64,000 bases of DNA from Candidatus Methanosuratincola sp. (GTDB taxonomy: Archaea; Thermoproteota; Methanomethylicia; Methanomethylicales; Methanomethylicaceae): the NCBI GenBank assembly GCA_037478935.1, contig JBBFLR010000006.1:2865-66864 (forward strand), in the 5' to 3' direction. The notes below the pieces were generated by a model. That model saw only the letters and a program-made list of their open reading frames with translations, searched no databases and was not told where the DNA came from. This document shows, piece after piece, positions 1-9,841 of the stretch. Each line of letters starts with the position of its first letter. The first letter of the stretch is position 1. A program made the position numbers and the translations under genes.

Positions 1-1
1 C

Positions 2-961
2 GCTGACCTCGTACTCATCGCCCCTGCCACCGCCAACACCATCGGCAAGATAGCGGCAGGTATAGACGACACACCGGTCACATCCCTTGCGACGACCGCC
101 GTAGGCACAGGCATCCCGTTGATAGTTGCGCCCGCCATGCATGCCAGCATGTACCGCCATCCCGTCGTAATGGAGAACATCAGGAGGCTCCAGTCGATGG
201 GGATCCGGATACTGCTACCGGAAGTCTCTGAGGGTAAGGCCAAGCTTATTGATTGGAATGCGATAGTCGAGGAGGCGATCGCCGCCCTCCGCCCGAAGAA
301 CATGGCTGGCTTGAGGGTGCTCGTGACGTCTGGACCGACGCGCGCTTATATGGACCGAATACGCTTCCTCACGAACTCGAGCTCCGGGAAGATGGGGTGT
401 GCTTTTGCGACCGAGGCAGCCGCAAGGGGCGCCGAGGTCACGTTAATATCCGGACCGGTGGAGCTGCCACGGTTGGGTATGAAGTCAGTCACGGTGGAGA
501 CCACCCGCGAGATGAGGGAGGCCGTCATAAAAGAGCTATCGTCATCTAGCTACGATCTCCTTGTGATGGCGGCCGCCCCCCTGGACTTTGAGTTCGACCG
601 CACCTACGACGGGAAGCTCTCGAGCGACGCCCCTGTTGACCTCCGCCTCGTCCCTGTCCCCAAGATCCTGGCTGAGGCGAAGCGGGCATCCCCCAGCACT
701 TTTGTCGTGGGCTTCAAGGCTGAATACGGCCTCACAAAGGATGAGCTGGTGTCAAAGGCACTCGCAAGGCTCTCGGACTCTGGGTGCGACATGATTGTGG
801 CCAACGACCTCTCCCTTCCAGGCAGGGGTTTCATGTCCGAGACGAACGAGACGTACGTGGTCTTCCCCGACGGCTCGACCTTCCATGTGCCGCTGAGGTC
901 GAAGAGAGAGGTGGCAAGCCAGGTGCTCGACCTATACCTCCGGAGGGCTGGGCGATGCTGA
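2..961 (+). CDS. coaBC: Bifunctional phosphopantothenoylcysteine decarboxylase / phosphopantothenate-cysteine ligase (CoaBC), 5' end outside window
   Basis: Frame is open from the window edge (DLVLIAPATANTIGKIAAGIDDTPV..., a CoaC flavoprotein motif). It continues into ORF 119..961 with the CoaB-like VTSGPTRAYMDRIRFLTNSSSGKMG. The TGA at 959-961 overlaps the next start. Confidence 0.9.
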   Translation, partial: ADLVLIAPATANTIGKIAAGIDDTPVTSLATTAVGTGIPLIVAPAMHASMYRHPVVMENIRRLQSMGIRILLPEVSEGKAKLIDWNAIVEEAIAALRPKNMAGLRVLVTSGPTRAYMDRIRFLTNSSSGKMGCAFATEAAARGAEVTLISGPVELPRLGMKSVTVETTREMREAVIKELSSSSYDLLVMAAAPLDFEFDRTYDGKLSSDAPVDLRLVPVPKILAEAKRASPSTFVVGFKAEYGLTKDELVSKALARLSDSGCDMIVANDLSLPGRGFMSETNETYVVFPDGSTFHVPLRSKREVASQVLDLYLRRAGRC

Positions 962-1911
962 ATTCAGGGACGCCCGTCACCGGTGAGGGATACGCACCGG
1001 CACACATTACAGGTTTCTTCACCGTATGCAGGTCAGAAGAGCCCATCAGATCGGGCTCAACCGGTGCAGGGATCTGCATAGCGGGTGGCGTGAAAACCCG
1101 GCTTTCGGCTCGAGAGGGTCGCCCCTCAGGCTTCCAGCTGCGCTGCAACGGGTCTCCGGTCTCTTCCCCGACCTGCAGCTACGTCGCCTCGAGGATGGTT
1201 CCTGAGCAAGAGGGGTATGCGATCGTCGCGGAGCAGGAATCTGTCCTACCAGCGAACTACGGATACGGGGTGAGCGGCTCCTCGGCACTGAGCCTTGCGA
1301 TCTCGATCAACCGCGCCTTAGGGATGGGCATGAGCCTCAGGGAGGTCGCTTCAGTAGCCCACGTCGCGGAGGTCGTGAACGAGACTGGGCTCGGAGACGT
1401 ACTCGCGGAGACCGTTGGGGGGCTCGAGGTGAGGACTAGCCCCGGAGGCCCCGGCATTGGTGTGGCTAGGCAGATCCCCCTGAGCGAGGATTACGTGGTC
1501 ATCTCTACGCCCGTCGCCGAATTCCAGACAAGGAGAATGATCACCGAGCGCCTTACTGTGAACCGAATAAACCGGCTGGGGAAGGAGGCCCTTGAGGCAT
1601 TCCTGGAAAGCCCAACGGTCGAGAACTTCATGTTTCAGTCTAGAAGATTCTGGGACGGAGTCGGCTTGTCCAACGAAGTGATCCGATCCGTGCTCAAGAG
1701 GTACGAGTCAGCGGGGGTAGAGAACCCCTCTGCGAAGAAAGGGCTCGTCTTCGCAGTCGTTGAGCGGGCGCGTCTCGCCGGGATCCTGAGGTCACTCGCA
1801 GAGGGCGGGTCGGACAGCGAGGTGCCCCCAAGCGTTTTGGCCATGCCCGGGGGCCTTAGGCTGATAGTCTCTGAAATTCACAGGAGTGGAATGGAATGGG
1901 AGTCCGTCTGA
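955..1911 (+). CDS. Pantoate kinase (archaeal CoA pathway, GHMP kinase family)
   Basis: ATG at 955 (MLNSGTPVTGEGYAPAHITGFF) overlaps the coaBC stop. GHMP-like YGYGVSGSSALS and ETGLGDVLAE are present. It lies between coaBC and phosphopantothenate synthetase, as in archaeal CoA clusters. Confidence 0.75.
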   Translation: MLNSGTPVTGEGYAPAHITGFFTVCRSEEPIRSGSTGAGICIAGGVKTRLSAREGRPSGFQLRCNGSPVSSPTCSYVASRMVPEQEGYAIVAEQESVLPANYGYGVSGSSALSLAISINRALGMGMSLREVASVAHVAEVVNETGLGDVLAETVGGLEVRTSPGGPGIGVARQIPLSEDYVVISTPVAEFQTRRMITERLTVNRINRLGKEALEAFLESPTVENFMFQSRRFWDGVGLSNEVIRSVLKRYESAGVENPSAKKGLVFAVVERARLAGILRSLAEGGSDSEVPPSVLAMPGGLRLIVSEIHRSGMEWESV

Positions 1912-2669
1912 AAATACCGAAAAACCATGTTAGGGCAGCCTCACTGAGGGTGAGGGAAATGCTCGTGGAAGGGGAGGAGAAGAATGTCGTTACAAAGTCC
2001 GGTCTGATCGCACACGGGAGGGGGGAGGCTTTCGACTATCTCATAGGCGAGGAGACGATCCCCCCGGCCCTCTTCGCGACGAGGGCAGCAGCGGCCGCGC
2101 TACTACTCGCTTCGCACCCTGTCGTCTCAGTGAACGGCAACGCTGCTGCGCTCGTCCCCCGGGAGCTGGTCAGGCTCTCTGAAGCAGTTCCCGCGCCCTT
2201 GGAGGTAAACCTCTTCTACAGGAGCAGGGAGAGGGAACTTGCAGTTAGGGACGCACTTGTCGCGGCGGGCGCCAGGCGCGTCTTGGGCGTGGGCCGTGCG
2301 GCGAGCGCGAGGATTCCGGAGCTCTTCAGCGAGAGGCGCAAGGTGGACCCCAGAGGGATCTACGCGTCGGACGTAGTGCTCGTCCCGCTGGAAGACGGTG
2401 ACAGGACGATGGCGCTCAAGAAGGTGAACAAGTTCGTGATAACCATCGACCTTAACCCGCTCTCGAGGACTGCGCAGACAGCCGACATTACCATAGTCGA
2501 TAACATAATACGGGCTCTACCTAATCTGGTGGCGGCAGTGAACGAGTTGAAGCCCCAAGACAGATCTGCCCTGAAGGAGATACTTGGGAGCTTTGACAAC
2601 AGGAAGAACCTCTCCAGCACGCTCATCCACATAAGAGACCGCCTAACAAAGCTCGCAGAGGAAAGTTGA
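1896..2669 (+). CDS. 4-phosphopantoate--beta-alanine ligase (phosphopantothenate synthetase, archaeal)
   Basis: LIAHGRGEAFDYLIGE, VSVNGNAAAL and ITIDLNPLSRTA are typical of archaeal PPS (COG1701). It overlaps the pantoate kinase gene end by 16 nt. Confidence 0.8.
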   Translation: MGVRLKIPKNHVRAASLRVREMLVEGEEKNVVTKSGLIAHGRGEAFDYLIGEETIPPALFATRAAAAALLLASHPVVSVNGNAAALVPRELVRLSEAVPAPLEVNLFYRSRERELAVRDALVAAGARRVLGVGRAASARIPELFSERRKVDPRGIYASDVVLVPLEDGDRTMALKKVNKFVITIDLNPLSRTAQTADITIVDNIIRALPNLVAAVNELKPQDRSALKEILGSFDNRKNLSSTLIHIRDRLTKLAEES

Positions 2670-2670
2670 G

Positions 2671-3186
2671 ATGGCTTCCAGAGACAGGCGGTCCTACCTT
2701 CTGATATACGTCGCTATCTTCGGAGCTCTATCCATAGTTCTGAGCAGCATTCGCGTCTCGTTCCCGCTCGGAAACCCGAACCTTGGCTCCACCCCCGTCT
2801 CCATAGCGGCTGCCGCCTCGCCGGGTTTCGCCGCATTCGCGGTCGGCCTAATAAAAGGGATAGGGGTCTCCCTGTGGACAGGTCAGGCGCTGATAGAGAT
2901 ACCTGCCGGAATTGGAGACGGCATGATGGGCATCCTGACCTCTTGGCTTTCGAGGAGGATTAACCCCGTGCTTGCGGTCGCAGTAGGTCAACTCAGCCGC
3001 TACCTCTTCACCTCTGGGATGATCGCGATCTCCCTCGCGCTCAGCAAGGCTTACCCAGGCTTCTTGGAAGCATGGATCGCGATGGTCCCTGCGATAACCG
3101 CGTCGGTAATCGTAAACCTGGCACTCTCAGCAGCCGCTGTCGCAGGCCTCCAACGATTCTACCCGTCGATATTCAGGAGGTTCTGA
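2671..3186 (+). CDS. Small polytopic membrane protein, possible vitamin/precursor transporter component
   Basis: 171 aa with about 5 hydrophobic segments. It starts 2 nt after the PPS stop, so it is probably co-transcribed with the CoA genes. No family recognised with certainty. Confidence 0.5.
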   Translation: MASRDRRSYLLIYVAIFGALSIVLSSIRVSFPLGNPNLGSTPVSIAAAASPGFAAFAVGLIKGIGVSLWTGQALIEIPAGIGDGMMGILTSWLSRRINPVLAVAVGQLSRYLFTSGMIAISLALSKAYPGFLEAWIAMVPAITASVIVNLALSAAAVAGLQRFYPSIFRRF

Positions 3187-3277
3187 CCCGAGCCTCCGCT
3201 GCCAGATCCAACTCATTATGCCGACGCGCCAAGACATATTCACGGATAAGAATTTATTAAGGCAGGAGTAGTCATAC

Positions 3278-4753
3278 GTGAGCCACAGTGGTCTGCGGCC
3301 CAGGGTGGTAGGTTTGGATACAAAGACCGCTGTTCAGATATTCGGAAAGTTCGCCGAGAGCAAACCGGTCCAAGCCGCCCTTAGGATGATGAGCGAGTAC
3401 TGCCAAGAGGACGGGCGGTCGAGGCTTGAGGTGTCGCTCGAGCTCTACACCGGGGTCAGAGAGGATGCGTGCCTAAAGTGCAAGATGGCTGAGAAGACGG
3501 TTTCTGCATTTCTCTCGATGGGCGGAAAGGCGTTTGGCATCGGCAGTCAAGAAATAAAAGAGAAGTTCAAGGACAAGTACTGGAGACGAGGTCTTGCGAA
3601 CGTCGTGAAGGGCATATCCCTCTTCGGAGTCAGGAAGCCCTTCGTGCCGGGCGCCCCCTTCCAGGTCGTCTGGAATGTAACAAACAGCTGCAACCTGCGC
3701 TGCAGGCACTGTTATGCTAACGCCGGCGGGGAGAACCATGGTGCGGATCTCCCGACGGAGACTGCCAAGCGGGTCATTGACAGGATAGCTGAATGGGGGG
3801 TGGTGGTACTCGCATTCTCAGGAGGGGAGCCGCTGGTCAGGAGGGACATAATCGAGCTCGCAAGGCACTCCTCGTCGAGGGGCCTCTACACCGCAATAGC
3901 TACGAACGGCGTTCTTCTCACCAAAGGGAAGTGCAGCGAGCTCAGAGATGCTGGGGTCGAGTATCTCCAGATAAGCCTAGACGGCGCGAGTGCAGCCACC
4001 CACGACTCCTTCAGGGGAGTCAATGGGATGTTCGACAAGACAGTCGAGGGCATACGCAACGCGGTGGAGGCCGGTTTCTTCGTCAATATTGCCACAACCG
4101 TCACAAGACACAACCTGACGGAGATCCCGGAGATGATAGGGCTCTGCGAGGCCTTGGGGGTCGACTGGTTCATGATGTACAACTTCGTTCCGACCGGAAG
4201 GGGGAGGTTCATTGAGGAGAACGACCTCTCCCCCTCCGAGAGAGAAGCCCTCCTCAGGATGCTCTGGAGCAAGCTGAAGACGAGCAAATTAAACCTCCTG
4301 TCCACCGCGCCGCAATTCGCCAGGGTTGCTTTAGAGACAGACGGGGCATCCTGCAGCGTTGTTCCAACCCACTTCTCGAATACCGAGCTCTCCGGGCAGC
4401 TCCACTCGCTCGCCGACTTTATTGGGGGGTGCGGGGCAGGGCGCTTCTACATCGCCCTCGAACCTAACGGAGACATTACCCCATGCGTTTTTCTACCGAA
4501 GAGGGTGGGGAACATCCTAGAAGACTCGCCGGACCGTCTTTGGGTCGAGTCGGAGGACTTTCGCACCTTGAGAGACAGGAGCAGGCTCCATGGCAGCTGC
4601 GGCTCCTGCGAGTACAGGTTTGTCTGCGGGGGCTGCAGGGCAAGGGCTTACGGATACTTCGGAGATCTCACATTCCCGGATCCGGGGTGTATCCGTAATG
4701 AGCACGAATTCGCAAAAGCTGTCCGTACACAAAGGGCCCCTCAAGTAGTCTGA
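3278..4753 (+). CDS. Radical SAM / SPASM-domain protein with about 130-aa N-terminal extension
   Basis: CNLRCRHCYANAG (CxxxCxxC) is followed by a TIM-barrel-like region and a C-terminal Cys-rich SPASM-like segment (CGAGRF...PCVF...CGSCEYRFVCGGCRARAY). GTG start. Confidence 0.8.
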   Translation: MSHSGLRPRVVGLDTKTAVQIFGKFAESKPVQAALRMMSEYCQEDGRSRLEVSLELYTGVREDACLKCKMAEKTVSAFLSMGGKAFGIGSQEIKEKFKDKYWRRGLANVVKGISLFGVRKPFVPGAPFQVVWNVTNSCNLRCRHCYANAGGENHGADLPTETAKRVIDRIAEWGVVVLAFSGGEPLVRRDIIELARHSSSRGLYTAIATNGVLLTKGKCSELRDAGVEYLQISLDGASAATHDSFRGVNGMFDKTVEGIRNAVEAGFFVNIATTVTRHNLTEIPEMIGLCEALGVDWFMMYNFVPTGRGRFIEENDLSPSEREALLRMLWSKLKTSKLNLLSTAPQFARVALETDGASCSVVPTHFSNTELSGQLHSLADFIGGCGAGRFYIALEPNGDITPCVFLPKRVGNILEDSPDRLWVESEDFRTLRDRSRLHGSCGSCEYRFVCGGCRARAYGYFGDLTFPDPGCIRNEHEFAKAVRTQRAPQVV

Positions 4754-4840
4754 ATCTGCCGAAGGACAATAGCAAAAGCTTTTAAACTTTGGAAATTTCT
4801 TTCTGCATGTTCATAATTGATTGATTGGAAGGGTTTTAGG

Positions 4841-6037
4841 ATGGATATAAAGAAGATAGCTTTGGCTTATTCCGGGGGTCTTGACACCTCTGTCGCGATC
4901 AGGTGGCTTTCTGAAAAATACGGTTCGAAAATAGTCACTGTGACGGTCGATGTGGGCCAGGATGAAGACTTCAGGGGGATAGGAGAAAAGGCCCTCAAGG
5001 TAGGTGCAGAGAACCACTACACGGTCGACGCGAAGGAGGAATTCTTAAGGGAATATGTCTTCCCTTCTGTCAGGGCAAACGGGCTCTACCAGGGGAAGTA
5101 CCCGCTTTCCACCGCCCTCAGCAGGCCTCTGATAGCCAGGAAGCTGATAGAGATCGCGCACAAAGAGGACTGCGATGCCGTTGCACACGGCTGCACAGGC
5201 AAGGGCAACGACCAACTGAGGATCGAGATCTCATGCAGGGCGCTCGACCCGCGGCTGAGGATACTTGCCCCGACTCGGGAGTGGGGGATGAGCCGGGACC
5301 AGGAAGTCGAGTACGCAATGAAGCATAATATACCTGTTTCCAAGGCGGCGAAGAAGTACAGCATAGACCAGAACCTCTGGGGGAGATCCATCGAGAGCGG
5401 CCCTCTAGAGAACCCTTGGAACAGCCCAGAGGAGGACGGTTGGGAGTGGACGAACCCGCCGGAGCGCGCCCCTGATGTGCCGACGGTCGTCGAACTGGAG
5501 TTCAGGAAGGGCGTACCGGTCGGGATCGACGGGAAGGAGTGCACGCCCGTCGAGCTGGTGAAGAGGCTGAACAAGGTGGCCGGTGAGAACGGAGTGGGCA
5601 GGATCGACCACATGGAGGACAGGATAGTGGGAATAAAGTCACGCGAGACCTACGAGTGTCCTGCCGCACTCACGATACTGGAGGCTCACAAGGATCTCGA
5701 GAAGCTGGTGCTCAACAGGCACGAGCTGGGATTCAAGAGGCTTGTCGACGAGCAGTGGGCTTTTATGGTCTATGCCGGATTCTGGGACGACCCCCTTAGG
5801 GAGGAGCTCGACGCCTTCATCAACAAGGCAAACGAGCGCCTGAATGGGCGGGTCAAGGTCAAACTTTACAAGGGCTCAATGATTGTGACGGGAAGGGAAT
5901 CCCCCAACTCGGTCTACGACTTCAGGACAGCCACCTACGACTCCTCGTCCACATTCGATCAGTCGCTCTCAAAGGGCTTCGTAGATCTCTGGGGGCTGCC
6001 TACGGTCGTCTCAAGGAAGATCATGACGGGGCGCTGA
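4841..6037 (+). CDS. argG: Argininosuccinate synthase
   Basis: MDIKKIALAYSGGLDTSVAIRWL (N-type ATP-PPase motif), with full-length similarity to ArgG. The ATG at 4841 is preferred over the TTG at 4817. Confidence 0.95.
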   Translation: MDIKKIALAYSGGLDTSVAIRWLSEKYGSKIVTVTVDVGQDEDFRGIGEKALKVGAENHYTVDAKEEFLREYVFPSVRANGLYQGKYPLSTALSRPLIARKLIEIAHKEDCDAVAHGCTGKGNDQLRIEISCRALDPRLRILAPTREWGMSRDQEVEYAMKHNIPVSKAAKKYSIDQNLWGRSIESGPLENPWNSPEEDGWEWTNPPERAPDVPTVVELEFRKGVPVGIDGKECTPVELVKRLNKVAGENGVGRIDHMEDRIVGIKSRETYECPAALTILEAHKDLEKLVLNRHELGFKRLVDEQWAFMVYAGFWDDPLREELDAFINKANERLNGRVKVKLYKGSMIVTGRESPNSVYDFRTATYDSSSTFDQSLSKGFVDLWGLPTVVSRKIMTGR

Positions 6038-6055
6038 GCTTCTGGGGGGATCTGT

Positions 6056-7534
6056 TTGAAGATCACTCGAGGCGGGCGCCTCGCCGGGGATCTGACCGGT
6101 GATGTTGCGAGGTTTACATCCTCCGCAGAGCACGACCACTACATAGCGGATGCCGTGATCGAGATAAACATGGCTCACGTCCTCACACTGGCAAGATGCA
6201 AGTGCATCGAGAAAGACGACGCTGCTGCCATTCTATCTGCCCTTGACAGCCTGTTCGGCAAGGTAAAGCACGTCCCCCCGGACATGGAGGACATCCATAT
6301 GGTCGTCGAAGAGGAGGTGACGCGCCTTGTCGGAGAAAAGACAGGAGGGAAGATGCACACCGGCAAGAGCCGCAACGACCAGGTGGCGACAGCAATAAGG
6401 ATGCGTTTGAGGGCTTTTGTCATAGAGATCTGCGAGGGGCTAGTTTCCCTCCAGCGTTCCCTGCTCCAAAGAGCCGAATCACCCGAAGGGAGGATTGTAG
6501 TCCCCGGATACACTCACCTCCAGCACGCCCAGCCGGTGACGATAGCGCACTGGCTTCTGGCCCACCACGACTCGGTCAAGAGGAGCTTTGACAGGCTCAT
6601 CGGATCATATCAAAGGATCAACCTGTGCCCCATGGGTGCAGCAGCCCTTGCAGGGACCGGCTTCAAAATTGACCGAGCCACGGTGGCGGGATACCTTGGG
6701 TTCGACGGCCTTTTGGAGAACACGATGGATGCGGTGTCCTCCAGGGATTTCGCTCTCGAAGCGATCTCCTCGCTCGCTATCCTGATGGTTGACCTTAGCA
6801 GGTTCGCAGAAGAGCTGATCGTGTGGGCGTCTTCGGAATTCGGCTACATTGATGTCCCCGACGACCACGCCTCGACCAGCAGTATCATGCCCCAGAAGAA
6901 GAACCCCGTCACCCTCGAGATGCTGCGCGCGAAATGCGGCTCGGTTTTGGGTGACTTGGTCTCCACTATTGCTATTATGAAGGCTCTGCCGCTCACTTAC
7001 AACCTGGACATGCAAGAGCTGACCCCGCACCTCTGGGATGCCTGCGAGTCGACGGTCCTGTCAATCAGGGTCCTCGCGGACTTTGTAAGCAAGGTGAAGT
7101 TCAGCGAGACCAAAATCAAAGCCTCGCTCGACAGGGGGTCCTCCGTGGCTACCGAGCTTGCTGACGTGCTCGTAAGGGAGGGGGGACTCCCCTTCCGTAA
7201 GGCACACAGTATTGTCGGTTCCCTCGTAAAGTCCCTCTCTTCAGAGGGCGTTTCTCTTTCCGAGGTCGATCTGGAGCGACTGCGGAGGATGATCGCCGTG
7301 GAGTCTGGAATTGAGCTCTCTAGGGAATCTGTCGAGCGCGCGGTCTCACCTTCAATGAATGTCGATGTGAGGAGTGTACGCGGCGGCCCTTCTCGCTCAG
7401 AAGCGCAAAGGATGGTGCGGGAGAGGATGAAATCCTTGGAAGACGAGGAGAGAACGATTGCTTCGATCCGCCAGAGGATCGATAGGGCTCGTGAAGAGAT
7501 GCGGAAGGAGGTTGCGTCTACCGCCGGCTCCTGA
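6056..7534 (+). CDS. argH: Argininosuccinate lyase
   Basis: Fumarase/lyase family signature GSSIMPQKKNP, with HTGKSRNDQVAT and PGYTHLQHAQP. TTG start. Confidence 0.9.
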   Translation: MKITRGGRLAGDLTGDVARFTSSAEHDHYIADAVIEINMAHVLTLARCKCIEKDDAAAILSALDSLFGKVKHVPPDMEDIHMVVEEEVTRLVGEKTGGKMHTGKSRNDQVATAIRMRLRAFVIEICEGLVSLQRSLLQRAESPEGRIVVPGYTHLQHAQPVTIAHWLLAHHDSVKRSFDRLIGSYQRINLCPMGAAALAGTGFKIDRATVAGYLGFDGLLENTMDAVSSRDFALEAISSLAILMVDLSRFAEELIVWASSEFGYIDVPDDHASTSSIMPQKKNPVTLEMLRAKCGSVLGDLVSTIAIMKALPLTYNLDMQELTPHLWDACESTVLSIRVLADFVSKVKFSETKIKASLDRGSSVATELADVLVREGGLPFRKAHSIVGSLVKSLSSEGVSLSEVDLERLRRMIAVESGIELSRESVERAVSPSMNVDVRSVRGGPSRSEAQRMVRERMKSLEDEERTIASIRQRIDRAREEMRKEVASTAGS

Positions 7535-7727
7535 GCAGGTAGATGGCCGCTTCCTTGACCAGCGTTCCTGTCCGCTCGTTCTCAACAATTGCCCCGAGAT
7601 ACTCGGTCCATCCAATCCCAGTCCGCTCTGCCCAGACTTTGAAGTGCTCCCGAAGCTTAATTTCAGCCTCGGCGTGTCTTTTGCAAATCTCACCCTCCCC
7701 CCCTCTTCCACAAATCCTGCACTTCAT
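7518..7727 (-). CDS. Small zinc-finger-like protein (69 aa), translationally coupled to topA
   Basis: MKCRICGRGGEGEICKRHAEAEIKLREHFKVWAERTGIGWTEYLGAIVENERTGTLVKEAAIYLLRSRR. Its ATG overlaps the topA TGA as ATGA (7724-7727). Composition is protein-like. It lies inside the longer ORF 7518..7979. Confidence 0.45.
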   Translation of the reverse strand: MKCRICGRGGEGEICKRHAEAEIKLREHFKVWAERTGIGWTEYLGAIVENERTGTLVKEAAIYLLRSRR

Positions 7728-9787
7728 CTCCTCACCCTCGATGAACAGCCTGGGTTCAAACATACCCTCCACGGATCGGTCCGCCCTCCAGCTCCAATGA
7801 CGGTCACGGTGGGATAGCCACATATTCTGCACGCCTCTCCTGTTGCCCTTATAGCCCCCCTCTGGGGCAGGGGTGCCGAGAAGCTGCACCCTGAGCCATA
7901 GTTCGAGCATCCTACAAACCTCTTCCCTGTCTTCTTTGAGCGAACAATCCTGAGCTCGCCGTTTTTGCACGAGGGGCATGGGCCTAGCTTCCCCCCCTTT
8001 TCCCTAAGAGCGTTCACAAGGTTTGAGATCTCCTCGCCGACAGCCTCGAACTCGGATATTGTGCGTTCGAAAGCCTCCTTGATGGCATCTGCCCCCCTTA
8101 TGAGTACGGCGGAATAATCCTCCCTGCCCTCCTCTATCCCAGCCATCCTCTCTTCGAGATCCCTCGTGAGTTCTATAGACACCAGGTCCGGGAAGCGCTT
8201 CCTCAGTACCTCAATTACCCCGCGCCCCCGATCCGTCACGCGTATGCCGCTGCCCGCGATATACCCTCGCCTGTATAGCGTGCTTATTATCTCGGCACGG
8301 GTTGACTTTGTTCCTAACCCGTTTTTTTCCATGAATCTGACCAAGCTGATCTGGTTGAACCTCGGTGGGGGGTCGGTGAACTTCTCTTCGACCCAGACCT
8401 TTTCGGCCCTCGCCCCCCCTCCCTCTGCCACCTCTGGCAGCCTTGAGCTCCTGGCCTTCGCATAGGGCTCGTAATGTTCCATCCATCCGGGATCAGAGAC
8501 CGCCTCGGCTTTTACCGAGAAGACGTCGCCCATTTCCAGCTTCACATCTATGGTCCTCAAGGATTTTCGGGCAGGTGGACCGAAGGTTGAGATGAACCGT
8601 TTTACTATCAGGTCATAGACTTTCCTAGCGTCAGCCCCAAGCCTTTTCGGCTTGACCCCCGTAGGGTGGATGGCCGGATGGGCAGGATCCGCCTTCCTGC
8701 CCTGCCTGGGCCAAAGCCCGCCTCTTGCGTCTGCATACTCGAGTATGGCGTTTACGCTCTCCTCGTATTCATGATTAGTTCCTAGCTTTGTCAGTATGCT
8801 CCTGAACCCTATTGAAGGGGGTAGCTGCTGGCTCGACGTCCTCGGGTAGGATACCAGCCCCTCCAGGTACAGCCCTTCTGCGATTTTCTGGGTCCTCCAT
8901 GGCTGGAATCCAAAGGCCCTGTATGCTTCACTCTGTAGATCGCCGAGATCGAATGGGGTCGGCGCAGGAATGGTCAGCTCCGAATCCTCGACCCGGCTTA
9001 CCGTTCCGGAGGACCCTTCGCACCTGCGCCTAAGGTCCTCGCCCTCCCCTTTCCTCAATATCGGGTTCCTGGAGTACTCCGCCCTGGCTCTCTCCCCATT
9101 CGATGTAAACCTGATCTCGGCACCAGCAATCCAGTAGGGGTCTGGGACATGGAGGTCTATCTCGTCCTCTCTCCTGCAAAGCGCGTCCAGTGTGGGGCTC
9201 TGGACCCTGCCTGCGCTGAGCACCTCGAAACCCCCTGTTTTACAGCTGAAAGCGTCCATCATCGCCCTTGAGACGTTCACACCAAATATCCAGTCGATCT
9301 CGTGTCTAACCCTCCCTGCATTTATGACTGGCATGTCGAGCTCAGAAGTGTTCTCATATGCCTTCACGATCTCGTCTCTCGTGAGCGATGAGAACTTCAT
9401 CCGCCTTGCCCTAGCATCTGCCCCGCCGCAGGCGTTCCTGAGTATCATGAATGCTATCAGGCTCCCCTCGGTGTCGTAATCGCAGGCGCTAATGAATGAG
9501 TCGGCCTCTCTTGCCAACCTTGCTATCTCCACTAGGAAGAGCTTCGCCCGCCCTCTGCTGGCAGGCTTCCAGACGAGGTTAAAGACGGGGAAGCTCCAGC
9601 CCTTTCCCTGCTGGGCCGGACTATAGAGGTGTCCCAGCGCGGTCACCACCGTGACTGTGTCTCCGTCCTTCTGGAAACGGTAGAATGGAACTCTCCGTCC
9701 AATCCTGCTGACGCCTCTGCCGCCGAGCAAGTACGCTATCTTCCTGGCAGCGCTCGGCTTCTCGCAGACAAGAAGGTGATGAGCCAC
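7724..9787 (-). CDS. topA: DNA topoisomerase I (type IA) with C-terminal zinc ribbons
   Basis: N-terminal TOPRIM motif LLVCEKPSAARKIA, a type IA core (SYPRTSSQQLP with the catalytic Tyr context), and C-terminal CPSC...C and CRICG zinc ribbons. Confidence 0.9.
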   Translation of the reverse strand: MAHHLLVCEKPSAARKIAYLLGGRGVSRIGRRVPFYRFQKDGDTVTVVTALGHLYSPAQQGKGWSFPVFNLVWKPASRGRAKLFLVEIARLAREADSFISACDYDTEGSLIAFMILRNACGGADARARRMKFSSLTRDEIVKAYENTSELDMPVINAGRVRHEIDWIFGVNVSRAMMDAFSCKTGGFEVLSAGRVQSPTLDALCRREDEIDLHVPDPYWIAGAEIRFTSNGERARAEYSRNPILRKGEGEDLRRRCEGSSGTVSRVEDSELTIPAPTPFDLGDLQSEAYRAFGFQPWRTQKIAEGLYLEGLVSYPRTSSQQLPPSIGFRSILTKLGTNHEYEESVNAILEYADARGGLWPRQGRKADPAHPAIHPTGVKPKRLGADARKVYDLIVKRFISTFGPPARKSLRTIDVKLEMGDVFSVKAEAVSDPGWMEHYEPYAKARSSRLPEVAEGGGARAEKVWVEEKFTDPPPRFNQISLVRFMEKNGLGTKSTRAEIISTLYRRGYIAGSGIRVTDRGRGVIEVLRKRFPDLVSIELTRDLEERMAGIEEGREDYSAVLIRGADAIKEAFERTISEFEAVGEEISNLVNALREKGGKLGPCPSCKNGELRIVRSKKTGKRFVGCSNYGSGCSFSAPLPQRGAIRATGEACRICGYPTVTVIGAGGRTDPWRVCLNPGCSSRVRR

Positions 9788-9841
9788 GCCGCCCGACCCG
9801 ACCCAAAACTTAATACTTTTCAGGGCTTTAATAAATGTGGT

